Assembly (NCBI GenBank): GCA_035626595.1
Contig: DASPNJ010000068.1
Span: forward strand, 2,312 to 66,311
Source of the DNA: Burkholderiales bacterium
GTDB lineage: Bacteria; Pseudomonadota; Gammaproteobacteria; Burkholderiales; SG8-41
Direction of reading: 5' to 3'
DNA length: 64,000 bases
Shown here: piece by piece, positions 51,299-60,170 of the stretch
Layout: each line of letters opens with the position of its first letter
How positions within the stretch are numbered: position 1 is the stretch's first letter
The notes under the pieces: generated by a model
The model's input: the letters and a program-made list of their open reading frames with translations, nothing else
What the model was told of the DNA's origin: nothing
Database searches by the model: none
Program-made: the position numbers and the translations under genes

Positions 51299-52780
51299 CT
51301 AGACCTTGGCGGCCTGTCCTGCGCCGGTGCCGGCGATCCGGCCGAACACCGCGCCCGACACGAGCCCCGTGCCGCTGGGATAGTTGAAATAGAAGAGGCC
51401 GCCGACCATCTCGCCCGCGCAATACAGGCCCGGGATCGGCTTGAAATGGACGTTCAGCACCTGCCCGGTCTCACGGTTGATTCTCAAACCGCCGAAGGTG
51501 AAGGTGATGCCGCACGTCGTCATGTAGGCATCGAACGGAGGGGTGTCGAGCTTCTGCGCCCAGTTCGATTTCTGCGGCTCGATGCCCACCGTCGACTTGC
51601 CGTCCTTGATCGTGTGATCGAACTTCACGTCGTCGCGGACGGCGGCATTGAATTCGCGCACCGTCTTCACGAACTGCCCGGCGTCCACGCCTTCGAGCTT
51701 GGGCGCGAGCTCCTCGATCGAGTTGGCGCTCACCTTGGTCACGAACTTGATGCGGTACTCCGAGCGCAGCAGCTTCGTCACCTTGGAATCGAACACCTGC
51801 CATGCGAATTGCCCGGGCTGCTTGAGCACCTCTCCGCCGTACTTCGCATACGTGAACGAATGGAAATCCCAGCCTTCGTCCACGAAGCGTCTGCCGGTGG
51901 CATTGATGAGGAGGCCGAAGATGTAGCTGTGCTTCTGGAACTGGTCGCCGACGTTCACGTCGCCGAACTCGGGCGCATAGCGGTCCCACCCGGTGGCGTG
52001 GCAGCCGGACCAGTTGCCATAGGGCGCGGCGCCGATGTCGAGCGCCATCTTGAGCCCGTCGCCTTGGTTGAACCGGGTGCCGCGCACCTTGGCGAGCTCC
52101 CAGCCGGGCCCGAGGTAGCGCGTGCGCATCTCCGGGTTCGCTTCGAAGCCGCCGCACGCGAGCACCACCGCTTTGGCGCGGAACTCGACCGGTTGGCCGT
52201 TCTGTTCGGCGCGCACACCCTGCACTTTCGCTGCGTCGTAGATCAGCGAGGTCACGCGCGTGTCATAGAAGACGTCGATGCCGGCTTTTTTCACCGCCGC
52301 GTCGAGGTTCTGCACCAGCCCGGCGCCGCCGCCGGAGGCTTCGATCGGCATGCGCCCGAAAAACTTGCGCTTGCCATCGACCAGACCGGACTGGCGTCCG
52401 AAATTGAGGTTGAACTTGACACCCTTGGAGCGCAGCCAGGCCATCGCATCGAGGCTGCCGGTGACCAGCGTCTCCGAGAGATCCGGGTCGGTGCGATAGC
52501 TCGTGAGCCGGAACAGATCGTCGAAGTATTCCTCGCGCGTATTGGTGCCGAAGTCGCTCCCCGCGATCTCTTCGTCGGTGACGTCCGTCACGCGCTTGAG
52601 ATCATCGACCGTCTCGTACGCAAAGCGCATGACGCCGCCGGCGAAGCGGCTGTTGCCGCCGGATTCGTCTTCATTCGCGGCTTCGAGCATGGCGACGCGG
52701 ACACCCTGGTCGCGCGCGGAAAGGGCGGAGCACAGGGCCGCGTTGCCCTTGCCCACGACGATCACATCATAGGTATGCAC
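51299..52780 (-). CDS. FAD-dependent oxidoreductase, TcuA (tricarballylate dehydrogenase)-like
   Basis: YDVIVVGKGNAALCSAL dinucleotide fold, GGNSRFAGG, GTRFNQGDG, LDTPPF..., CAGEMVGG. Colinear with Salmonella TcuA. Confidence 0.75.
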   Translation of the reverse strand: MHTYDVIVVGKGNAALCSALSARDQGVRVAMLEAANEDESGGNSRFAGGVMRFAYETVDDLKRVTDVTDEEIAGSDFGTNTREEYFDDLFRLTSYRTDPDLSETLVTGSLDAMAWLRSKGVKFNLNFGRQSGLVDGKRKFFGRMPIEASGGGAGLVQNLDAAVKKAGIDVFYDTRVTSLIYDAAKVQGVRAEQNGQPVEFRAKAVVLACGGFEANPEMRTRYLGPGWELAKVRGTRFNQGDGLKMALDIGAAPYGNWSGCHATGWDRYAPEFGDVNVGDQFQKHSYIFGLLINATGRRFVDEGWDFHSFTYAKYGGEVLKQPGQFAWQVFDSKVTKLLRSEYRIKFVTKVSANSIEELAPKLEGVDAGQFVKTVREFNAAVRDDVKFDHTIKDGKSTVGIEPQKSNWAQKLDTPPFDAYMTTCGITFTFGGLRINRETGQVLNVHFKPIPGLYCAGEMVGGLFYFNYPSGTGLVSGAVFGRIAGTGAGQAAKV

Positions 52781-52816
52781 GGTCTTGAACGTCCTTCGAA
52801 ATGCGGGGCGATCCGG

Positions 52817-54244
52817 CTAGGAAGTGAGGCTCGCGCCGGCGCGCTGGACTGTAGCACGAGGCGATGGGCTCTCCATCGCATCGTTCACCGCACGGACATC
52901 GACCAGCGTCTCCAGCGCCGTGATCGCTGCATGCACCCGCGCCGTCGCATCGGCCGGCAGCACGCGCAGCGCGCAGTTCTCGAACTTCTCCTTCAGGCGC
53001 TCCGGCGGCAGCGCCACCTCGACCGTACGGCCCGCGGGCTGGTCGACCTTGGCCGAGAGCACGGTGCCGCCGTGCAGCGTTACTTTGACTTCGGCGCCGA
53101 AGTGGTTCTCTGCCGGGAACTGCTCGGTCGTGTACGGCGCGACTTCGATGCGTGACATGACCGCGCGCACCGCGGGATCGGTGTACGCGTCGCCTTCGAA
53201 GTGCTCGATGGTCACCTTGCGATCAACGAGCGCGCGGGCGAGACAGTACTGCACGCTGAATTTCGCGTCCTTGGTGCTCTGCGGATCCGGACGGTTCGTG
53301 TGCTCCAGGCGCCGCTCGTGTGTCCAGCTCTGGATGCGTCCGACCGCGTCCCGCTTGAGGTCATGCGTACGCGCGAGCGCCAGCATCGCGTCGATCGCGG
53401 GATGCGTGCTGCCGCAACACGGGTATTGCTTGATCGCGATGCCGGGTTGCACGATGTCGAATGGCTTGCCCCATGCGGGCAGTATTCTGCCGGCGTCGTA
53501 GTTGCCGGCGCCGTTGAACACTTCGAAGTAGCCCTGCTTGTGCTCGAACGCGACGGGGCTCGCGGTGTAGTCCTCGCGCGCGAGCAGCGCGGCAAAGAGG
53601 CCGCTGCGCGCGCAGTGGCCGATGTGCAGCGGCTTTACGTACGTCCCGAAGTTCGATTTGATTCCCGCCGCGAGCGACGCCGCGATGGCGAGCGCGGTTG
53701 CCGTGCGTTCGGCATCGAGCCCGAGCAGCTTCGCGCACGCGGCCGCCGCGCCGAACACGCCGATCGTGGTCGTGGGATGCCAGCCGCGCGTGTACTGGTA
53801 GAAGTTCACCCCGAGCGAGATCTTGCATTCGGTCTCGAAGCCGGCGACGTATGCGGTGATGAAGTCGCGGCCGCTCGCGCCGGTTTGATCCGCCAGCGCG
53901 AACAGTGCCGGTAGGATCGGCGCGGACGGGTGTCCGCCCAGCGTGTTGTTGCAGTCGTCGAAATCGAGGGCATGCGACGCGGTGCCGTTCACGAGCGCGG
54001 CATCGAGCGGGCCGACGCGATTGCCCGTGCCGAGCACGAGGCTCGGGCCGCCGGAGGAGATCACGCGCGCGACGAGCGTGGCCGATGGGTCGGCGCTTCC
54101 GGCGAGCGTCACGCCGACCGTGTCGAGTACGCCGATCTTCGCCCAGTGCACGGCTTCCGGCGGCAGGTCCTCGTAACGAAGCCCGGTGATGCGTCTTGCA
54201 AGCTCAAGCGCGAATCCCATCAGTTCATCCTCACGTTCATTCAC
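52817..54244 (-). CDS. MmgE/PrpD-family protein (paralog 2)
   Basis: 475 aa. LDTVGVTLAGS, LDFDDC, GWHPTTTIGVFGAAAA match the PrpD-family pattern. Confidence 0.8.
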   Translation of the reverse strand: MNEREDELMGFALELARRITGLRYEDLPPEAVHWAKIGVLDTVGVTLAGSADPSATLVARVISSGGPSLVLGTGNRVGPLDAALVNGTASHALDFDDCNNTLGGHPSAPILPALFALADQTGASGRDFITAYVAGFETECKISLGVNFYQYTRGWHPTTTIGVFGAAAACAKLLGLDAERTATALAIAASLAAGIKSNFGTYVKPLHIGHCARSGLFAALLAREDYTASPVAFEHKQGYFEVFNGAGNYDAGRILPAWGKPFDIVQPGIAIKQYPCCGSTHPAIDAMLALARTHDLKRDAVGRIQSWTHERRLEHTNRPDPQSTKDAKFSVQYCLARALVDRKVTIEHFEGDAYTDPAVRAVMSRIEVAPYTTEQFPAENHFGAEVKVTLHGGTVLSAKVDQPAGRTVEVALPPERLKEKFENCALRVLPADATARVHAAITALETLVDVRAVNDAMESPSPRATVQRAGASLTS

Positions 54245-54549
54245 GGGATCTCGATGTCCATGAGCGGCGCGTACTGCTGCCCGCCATGGCCGTCGGCGTC
54301 GTACAGATCGCCCTGTACCGCCGGGCGCGGAATCGTGGCTTTGACCGCGAGCGCGTTGTCGCAGTAGAAGAACTTGACCCGCTCGGGCGACAAGCCATAG
54401 CGCTGCGCCACTGCCTCGCGCGTGAGCGCGCCGGAGCGCTTCACGCGCTCGTAGCGCGCGGCGTCTTCGAACATCACGTCGAAGGTGAGCTCGAACGGGC
54501 CGGCGTTCTTGCTGCGGATCAGCCGCGCGAGCTCGGCGAGCATCGTCAT
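54241..54549 (-). CDS. DUF4387 protein
   Basis: 102 aa. IRSKNAGPFELTFDVMFED...YERVK is typical of DUF4387. 4-nt overlaps with both neighbours. Confidence 0.75.
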   Translation of the reverse strand: MTMLAELARLIRSKNAGPFELTFDVMFEDAARYERVKRSGALTREAVAQRYGLSPERVKFFYCDNALAVKATIPRPAVQGDLYDADGHGGQQYAPLMDIEIP

Positions 54550-55949
54550 TCGGGAATCTCTTCGAACAAAGCGCCCTCGACCGCGTACCAGCGCGTGCGG
54601 AACATCTCGAGCGGATCGTCCGGCTCGACGACGTGATTCACGTTGAAGCGGTAGACGGCGCCGCGATCGAGATGCGCCGGGTTATAGGGGCAGGCGAGCG
54701 CGGTGATGAGCCCGCTCCATTCCGGAATCGGCAGGTGCAGCCCCTGGTGGCGGACGATGCCGGCGATCGAGCTCGCGATCTCCTGCGTGGGCGCAGTGAT
54801 CTCGATGATGAGGCACAGCTCGTGCGACCGGATCTCCTTGACCGGCTCCAGCGGACCCATCGTGCCGTTCTTGCCGTAGACGCGGATGTGCACGACGTAG
54901 TCGGCGCGTTTGAGCGTCTCGCCGTAGACCTGATTGACGCGCGCATGGATGCGCTCGGTCAGCCGCCCGGTCCAGTCGTCGATCTGCCGGATGATGAACG
55001 GATCGCGCACCGAGCCGATCACGATGCTCTGGTAACCGGCTTTTTCCGCGCCTTCGAGCTTCACCGTGTAGCGCGGCGCGGGAAGGAAGCGGCTGCCGCT
55101 CACTTTCACCGCACGTTCGCCGTGCTGCTCGTATCGGCTTTCCGTCAAGTCGAGGGTGCCCGAAGATTCGATGAGCCGGAAGGGATCGGCGTTTTCGTAC
55201 AGGCTGTGCGAGGCGATGCTCTGCGGCGTGCACATGAGCGTTTCGTCCGGTGCCTCGACGATGAAGTGGTCCTCGCGCACCCACGCGAACATGCAGTCGG
55301 GCGTGCGGCGGTTCACGACAGCGGCCGCGCCGCACTCCAGGATCTTCGCCGCGTGCCACGCGATGCCCTCGGAAAAATCGCGCATCACGGGCATGGCGGC
55401 GAAGATCGCGCAATCGCTCGCGCGGCCGGCGACGACCACGTCGGCACCCAGCTCCAGCGCGCGCATGAACGGCTCGGCGCCCATCATGCCGACGATGCAG
55501 GCGCTGCGGTCGATCGTCGCCTCCTCGAACGGCGGCGCCGGATCCAGCGGCTTGATCCGGCCCTCGCGCAGGCGCTTCTTCAGATAGGTCTTGTCCTGCT
55601 GTGCATGCACGACCGCGAGACGAAATGCGAGGGCCTCCTCGTGCGCGATCTCTTTCACGATGTCGCAGAACCACTCGACGTGCGGATCGCCGCCGGCTGT
55701 GCCGGCGGAGCCGATCAGGAGCGGCACGCCGATACGGCGCGCGCCCTTGAGCATCAGGCGCAGGTCGCGTTTCACCGCCGCGCGCGGAAACGCCGCTTCG
55801 CCGGTGCCGAGATGGCTGGGGCCGGGATCGGTCGAGCCCGCATCGCAGCCGATGAAGTGCGGCCGCAGTGCAAGCGCTTTCTCAAAGGAGGATTCGAGGA
55901 AGCCCGATCCGCAAACGCCTGTGGGAGAAAGGATGCGGATCTCGTTCAT
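54546..55949 (-). CDS. AtuA-family (DUF1446) protein
   Basis: IRILSPTGVCGSGF...FIGCDAGSTDPGPSHLGTG is typical of DUF1446/AtuA. Paired with DUF4387 as usual. Confidence 0.75.
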   Translation of the reverse strand: MNEIRILSPTGVCGSGFLESSFEKALALRPHFIGCDAGSTDPGPSHLGTGEAAFPRAAVKRDLRLMLKGARRIGVPLLIGSAGTAGGDPHVEWFCDIVKEIAHEEALAFRLAVVHAQQDKTYLKKRLREGRIKPLDPAPPFEEATIDRSACIVGMMGAEPFMRALELGADVVVAGRASDCAIFAAMPVMRDFSEGIAWHAAKILECGAAAVVNRRTPDCMFAWVREDHFIVEAPDETLMCTPQSIASHSLYENADPFRLIESSGTLDLTESRYEQHGERAVKVSGSRFLPAPRYTVKLEGAEKAGYQSIVIGSVRDPFIIRQIDDWTGRLTERIHARVNQVYGETLKRADYVVHIRVYGKNGTMGPLEPVKEIRSHELCLIIEITAPTQEIASSIAGIVRHQGLHLPIPEWSGLITALACPYNPAHLDRGAVYRFNVNHVVEPDDPLEMFRTRWYAVEGALFEEIPE

Positions 55950-56029
55950 GGCTTAAAGGCGCCGCGGGCGAGCGCCCGTGATCGGCGACCTATAATGAGC
56001 GGCCGATAATATCATCACGAGGAGAAATC

Positions 56030-57025
56030 ATGAATCGCGCAAGATCGTTCGCGTATGCCGCACTGGCGTCGCTCTGCCTTGCCGCCGCCGGTGCGCAGGC
56101 GGCGGGCTATCCGGACAAGCCGATCGAGATGGTGGTCGCGGGCAGTCCCGGTGGCGGGCTCGACCTGCTCGGACGCGCGCTCGACAACGCGCTGCACGAA
56201 ACGAAGTTGCTGCAGCAGCCGTTCGTGATCAAGAACATGGGCGGCGCCGGCGGCAACGTCGCGAAGGCCTACATCCACCAGCGCAAGGGCGACCCGCATT
56301 TCGTCTACGTCGAGTCGAACCGGATCTACGTGGCACGCATCGTCGGTACGACCCCGCTGACCTATGCGGACGTGACGCCGCTCGCGCGGCTCATGACCGA
56401 GTATCTCGTCTGGGCGGTGCGCGCCGACTCGCCTTTGAAGAGCGCGAAGGACGTGCTCGCGAAGGCGAAATCGAACCCGGCTTCCGTCACCTTCGGGGTT
56501 GGCACGGTGCCGAGCAACGACCAGATGAATATCCTGCGGCCGGCGCTCTCTCAGGGCATCGACGCGAAGTCGCTGAAGGTCGTCACGTTCAAGAGCGGCG
56601 GCGATCTGATGATTCAGCTCCTGGGCGGCCATGTCGACGTGATCTCGACGGGGCTTTCGGAAGCCATCGAACAGGCGAAAGCCGGGAAGGTCCGTTTGAT
56701 CGCGGTGTCGGCGCCCGCTGCGCTGCCGGGTGAGTTCTCGAAAATCCCGACGTGGAAATCGATGGGTATCGACGTGGAGATCCTGCACTGGCGGGGACTC
56801 TTCGCGCCGCCCGGCATTCCGGCCGAAGCCGTGAAGTTCTGGGACTCGACGCTCGCCAAGCTCGTGAAAACCGCCGCGTGGAAGAAATACCTCGAGCAGT
56901 ACCAGTGGTTCGACGCCTATGCGGACTCGGCGACGTTCACGCGCGATCTGCAGCGCGAGAGCGACATCTACGCGAAGATCCTGACCGATCTCGGTATGGC
57001 CAAGGGTCTCGCGCAGAAGAAATAG
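56030..57025 (+). CDS. Bug/TctC-family substrate-binding protein
   Basis: Signal peptide plus YPDKPIEMVVAGSPGGGLDLLGR...NMGGAGGNVA. Confidence 0.85.
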   Translation: MNRARSFAYAALASLCLAAAGAQAAGYPDKPIEMVVAGSPGGGLDLLGRALDNALHETKLLQQPFVIKNMGGAGGNVAKAYIHQRKGDPHFVYVESNRIYVARIVGTTPLTYADVTPLARLMTEYLVWAVRADSPLKSAKDVLAKAKSNPASVTFGVGTVPSNDQMNILRPALSQGIDAKSLKVVTFKSGGDLMIQLLGGHVDVISTGLSEAIEQAKAGKVRLIAVSAPAALPGEFSKIPTWKSMGIDVEILHWRGLFAPPGIPAEAVKFWDSTLAKLVKTAAWKKYLEQYQWFDAYADSATFTRDLQRESDIYAKILTDLGMAKGLAQKK

Positions 57026-57120
57026 TGGCGGAAGAGAGTGGGAGTCGAACCCACGCAGGACCGCCTGCGGCCCCTACCGGGTTTGAAGTCCGGCCGCCCC
57101 ACCGGGAGCGATTCCCTTCC
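57026..57120 (-). tRNA. selC: tRNA-Sec (UCA anticodon)
   Basis: Minus-strand 95 nt: GGAAGGGAATCGCTCCCGGTGGGGCGGCCGGACTTCAAACCCGGTAGGGGCCGCAGGCGGTCCTGCGTGGGTTCGACTCCCACTCTCTTCCGCCA. Features: 8-bp acceptor stem, CUUCAAA anticodon loop, long extra arm, encoded CCA. Nearly colinear with E. coli selC. Confidence 0.93.
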
Positions 57121-57155
57121 TCGGGTCGAAAAGCCCCCGCATTTTAACGGCTAAA

Positions 57156-57249
57156 CCGTAAGGAAACGAGGTTACGCAGGGAACACGGAGCGCCGAAGGC
57201 GCGACCTGCATGGGTTTCCCTCTGTTCGTAGGGCTGCGAGGCCCGAGCC
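57156..57249 (-). repeat. dispersed structured intergenic repeat, copy c (with central hairpin)
   Basis: Minus strand: ACGAACAGAGGGAAACC..GCGCC-uuc-GGCGC..GTTCCCTGCGTAACCTCGTTTCCTTACGG. Lies between the TrxR-like gene and tRNA-Sec. Confidence 0.7.
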
Positions 57250-58154
57250 TACTGCAAGCGCAGCCCGAATACCGCGCGCTTCGCTTCGTCGAGCGCGTGC
57301 TCGAGCGTGCCGCCGAAGCCACTCCTCACCGCGCCGATCGCGGAGATGCGCGGCGCGGCGGTCGCGAAGGCGTCGTTCGTACGCACGAAACCGTAGTCGT
57401 CGCGCTCGACCTCATGCGGCAGGAACTCCGCATTGGGCGCGAGGCCGATGTAAGCGAAGACGCCGGCGCACGGCAGCTCCTCGATGCGGCCGTCCGTATG
57501 TCTCACGCGAGCCTTCTCGACCATTTTGCCGCCGAGAATCGCGTCGAGCGTCGCCTTGCGGATGATCGTCACCTTGCCGTTCGCTTTGACCTGCTCGACG
57601 AAATGCGGGCTCGCGCGGAACGTGTCGCCGCGGTGGACGAGGATCACGCGCCGGCAGTATTGCGCGAGCACCAGCGCTTCCTGGAATGCCGAATCGCCGC
57701 CGCCGACGACGATCGCGTCCTCGTTCTGATACATCGGACCGTCGCAGTCGGCGCATTGCGACACGCCACGCCCTTCGAATTCGCTCTCACCCGGGATGCC
57801 GAGCTTTTTCAGCCGCGCGCCCGACGCCACGATCACGTGGCGCGCGGTATGCGAGCCCGATTCGGTGACCACTTCGACGCAGTCGCCGACGGCGCGCACA
57901 CCCGTCACGGTTTCCGGCATGCTGGTCACGCCCGCCTCGCCGTTCTGCTGCATCATCTCGGCCGCGAGCTCCGCGCCCGAAGTCGGCCGGCCGGGCGGGG
58001 CGGGCTCGAGCTCGTTCACGTTGATCACGAGGCCGCCGAAGAGCTGCTGCTCGATCGAGGCGACCTTCAGCCCCGCTTTCGCGGCTTCGCCCGCCGCGGC
58101 AAGGCCGGACACGCCTTCACCGATCACGATTACGTTGTAGGTTGCCTGTGCCAT
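57249..58154 (-). CDS. thioredoxin reductase-like FAD/NAD(P)H flavoprotein (CADC redox motif)
   Basis: VIVIGEGVSGLAAAGEAAKAG, GRGVSQCADCDGP (TrxB has CATC), VVGGGDSAFQEA, HRGDTFRA. Starts 13 nt downstream of selB. Confidence 0.8.
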   Translation of the reverse strand: MAQATYNVIVIGEGVSGLAAAGEAAKAGLKVASIEQQLFGGLVINVNELEPAPPGRPTSGAELAAEMMQQNGEAGVTSMPETVTGVRAVGDCVEVVTESGSHTARHVIVASGARLKKLGIPGESEFEGRGVSQCADCDGPMYQNEDAIVVGGGDSAFQEALVLAQYCRRVILVHRGDTFRASPHFVEQVKANGKVTIIRKATLDAILGGKMVEKARVRHTDGRIEELPCAGVFAYIGLAPNAEFLPHEVERDDYGFVRTNDAFATAAPRISAIGAVRSGFGGTLEHALDEAKRAVFGLRLQ

Positions 58155-58167
58155 CGCTTCGAGCCTT

Positions 58168-60168
58168 TCATCGTCTGTAGGTTGGTGCCGGCCGGCGCGC
58201 TGGCGCGGGTTTCGGCGCGGGCTTGGCCGTCGCCGGCGGACGCGCGGGCGCTGTCGCGGCGCCGAGTATGGGTACGAAATCCTTGCGCATCTTGCGGGCG
58301 TCGCCTACACGCTGCGTGATGCCGAGGCCGTCGAGAAATTCGAGGATCTCGATGGCGAGGCTGCGTCCGACGCCGGTGGCATCGCGATACTGCGCGGCGG
58401 TGAACTGGCCGTTCGGCTGCGCCTGCGCGGTGGCTTGCGCGATCGCCGCGAGCGTCGCCAGTGTGGCGCGCGGATAGAAGCGGTCACCGGTCACGCGCAT
58501 GACCTCGCCGGTCTTCGCCTTGCGGTACAGAAAATCCTTGACGATCGGTTCCTTCAACTTCAGCTGCGCGGCGAGGTCGCGCAGCGGCGGCGCATTGAAG
58601 CCCGCGCCTTCGAGCGCGGGACGCACCGTCTGCCACAAGCGGGCGTCGGCTTCGTTGGCGGTGGCGTTGTGGCCGGGCAGCCGCGCGGTGGAGCCGCTCG
58701 CCTCGATCCTGCGTTCGTCGGCGAGGCGCCGCAGCACCGAACCGAAGGCGTCCGCGTCGAGGTCCGGCGCGATTGTCTTGCGCAGCGCCTCGATCTCGTG
58801 TCCGGGCGCCTGCGGATTTGCGCGGTGGAACTCGCCCAACGCACGCACGATCGCTTCGCGCACGGCGTCGATCCGCGCTTGCTTGACCGCCAGCCGTCCG
58901 TCCTTGCCGAGCCGCGCGATGCCGGCATGCTCGTACAGACGCGCGGTACGTTCCGGCGCGAGGTTGTAGACGAGCTCGAACCGCGCGAGGTCCACCGGTT
59001 GACCGCTCTCCAGCATTGCCGCCAGGGCGTCCTCGGCCGCGTCGTGCTCCAGCGCCGCAAGTTGCGCCGCGCGCTCCCGGCTTGCGCGTCGGCTCGCGGG
59101 GGCGAACGGATCGAGCACGAAGCCGCCGCCGAGCGTGCGGATCGCCGACTGATCGCGCACGATGAAGCGGTCGCCGCGCAGCGCGCAGATCGGCTGATCG
59201 AGAACGAGCTGGACGTAGGCGCTCGCGCCGGGCGCGATGTCTTCACCACGGCGCGTGGCGATGCGTGCGGTGACGTCGCTCGTGGCGAGATGCAGGTGCA
59301 CCGGCGTCCAGTGCTCGAGCGCGCTCGCTTCGGCGTCGAGCACTTTCAGGCGCGCATCGATGCGGCTCGTCGGATGGTGGAGCTCCGGCGCGAGCACCCA
59401 ATCGCCACGGCGCACCGCGTCGAGCCCGGCGCCCGTCAGATTGAGCGCGCAGCGCTCGCCGGCCTGCGCGGCCTGTGCCGCCCGCCCGTGGATCTGAATC
59501 CCGCGCACGCGCACCGGCAGCCCTGCCGGCGATATCGTCAGCCGGTCGCCCGGTTTCACCGTGCCGTTGAACACGGTGCCGGTGACGACCGTGCCGCTGC
59601 CCGCGACGCTGAACGCGCGATCGATCGCATAGCGCAGGTGCTGGCCCGGTGCGTGGCGCGCGGAGTGCCGCTGCGCTTCGGTGACGAGGCGCTCGCGCAG
59701 CGCATCGATGCCTTGCCCGGTCAGCGCGGACACCGCGAGCGTGGGAGCGCCAGCGAGCTGCGTTGGCGCGAGCAGCGCGGTGACCGCATCCTCGACTTCG
59801 CGCACCCGGGCGGCATCGACGCGGTCGCACTTGGTGATGACTGCGGCGCCGCGCGCGACGTGCAGGAGATCGAGAATGTGCAGGTGTTCGATCGTCTGCG
59901 GCATGACACCGTCGTCCGCCGCCACGACCAGCAGCGCGAAATCGATGCCGCTCACGCCCGCGAGCATGTTTCGGATAAAGCGCTCGTGACCCGGCACGTC
60001 GACGAAACCGATCAAGCCGCCGCCTTCGAGCGGCAGGTACGCGAATCCCAGATCGATCGAGATCCCGCGCGCTTTTTCCTCCGGCAGGCGGTCGGTGTCC
60101 ACGCCCGTGAGCGTTTTCACGAGCAGCGTCTTGCCGTGGTCGATGTGGCCTGCGGTCGCGACGATCAT
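58168..60168 (-). CDS. selB: selenocysteine-specific elongation factor SelB
   Basis: ATG at 60168 gives [44 protein letters not shown]. GTPase domain plus a long C-terminal winged-helix region. Starts 2 nt after the selA stop. Confidence 0.93.
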   Translation of the reverse strand: MIVATAGHIDHGKTLLVKTLTGVDTDRLPEEKARGISIDLGFAYLPLEGGGLIGFVDVPGHERFIRNMLAGVSGIDFALLVVAADDGVMPQTIEHLHILDLLHVARGAAVITKCDRVDAARVREVEDAVTALLAPTQLAGAPTLAVSALTGQGIDALRERLVTEAQRHSARHAPGQHLRYAIDRAFSVAGSGTVVTGTVFNGTVKPGDRLTISPAGLPVRVRGIQIHGRAAQAAQAGERCALNLTGAGLDAVRRGDWVLAPELHHPTSRIDARLKVLDAEASALEHWTPVHLHLATSDVTARIATRRGEDIAPGASAYVQLVLDQPICALRGDRFIVRDQSAIRTLGGGFVLDPFAPASRRASRERAAQLAALEHDAAEDALAAMLESGQPVDLARFELVYNLAPERTARLYEHAGIARLGKDGRLAVKQARIDAVREAIVRALGEFHRANPQAPGHEIEALRKTIAPDLDADAFGSVLRRLADERRIEASGSTARLPGHNATANEADARLWQTVRPALEGAGFNAPPLRDLAAQLKLKEPIVKDFLYRKAKTGEVMRVTGDRFYPRATLATLAAIAQATAQAQPNGQFTAAQYRDATGVGRSLAIEILEFLDGLGITQRVGDARKMRKDFVPILGAATAPARPPATAKPAPKPAPARRPAPTYRR

Positions 60169-60170
60169 GG

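Noticed and set aside
51260-53155. 631-aa plus-strand ORF across the TcuA-like and PrpD genes. The same applies to 54633-56009 +, 42450-43715 +, 44363-45121 + and 45796-46926 +.
   Set aside because: All are antisense to well-supported minus-strand genes and have a compositionally biased translation.
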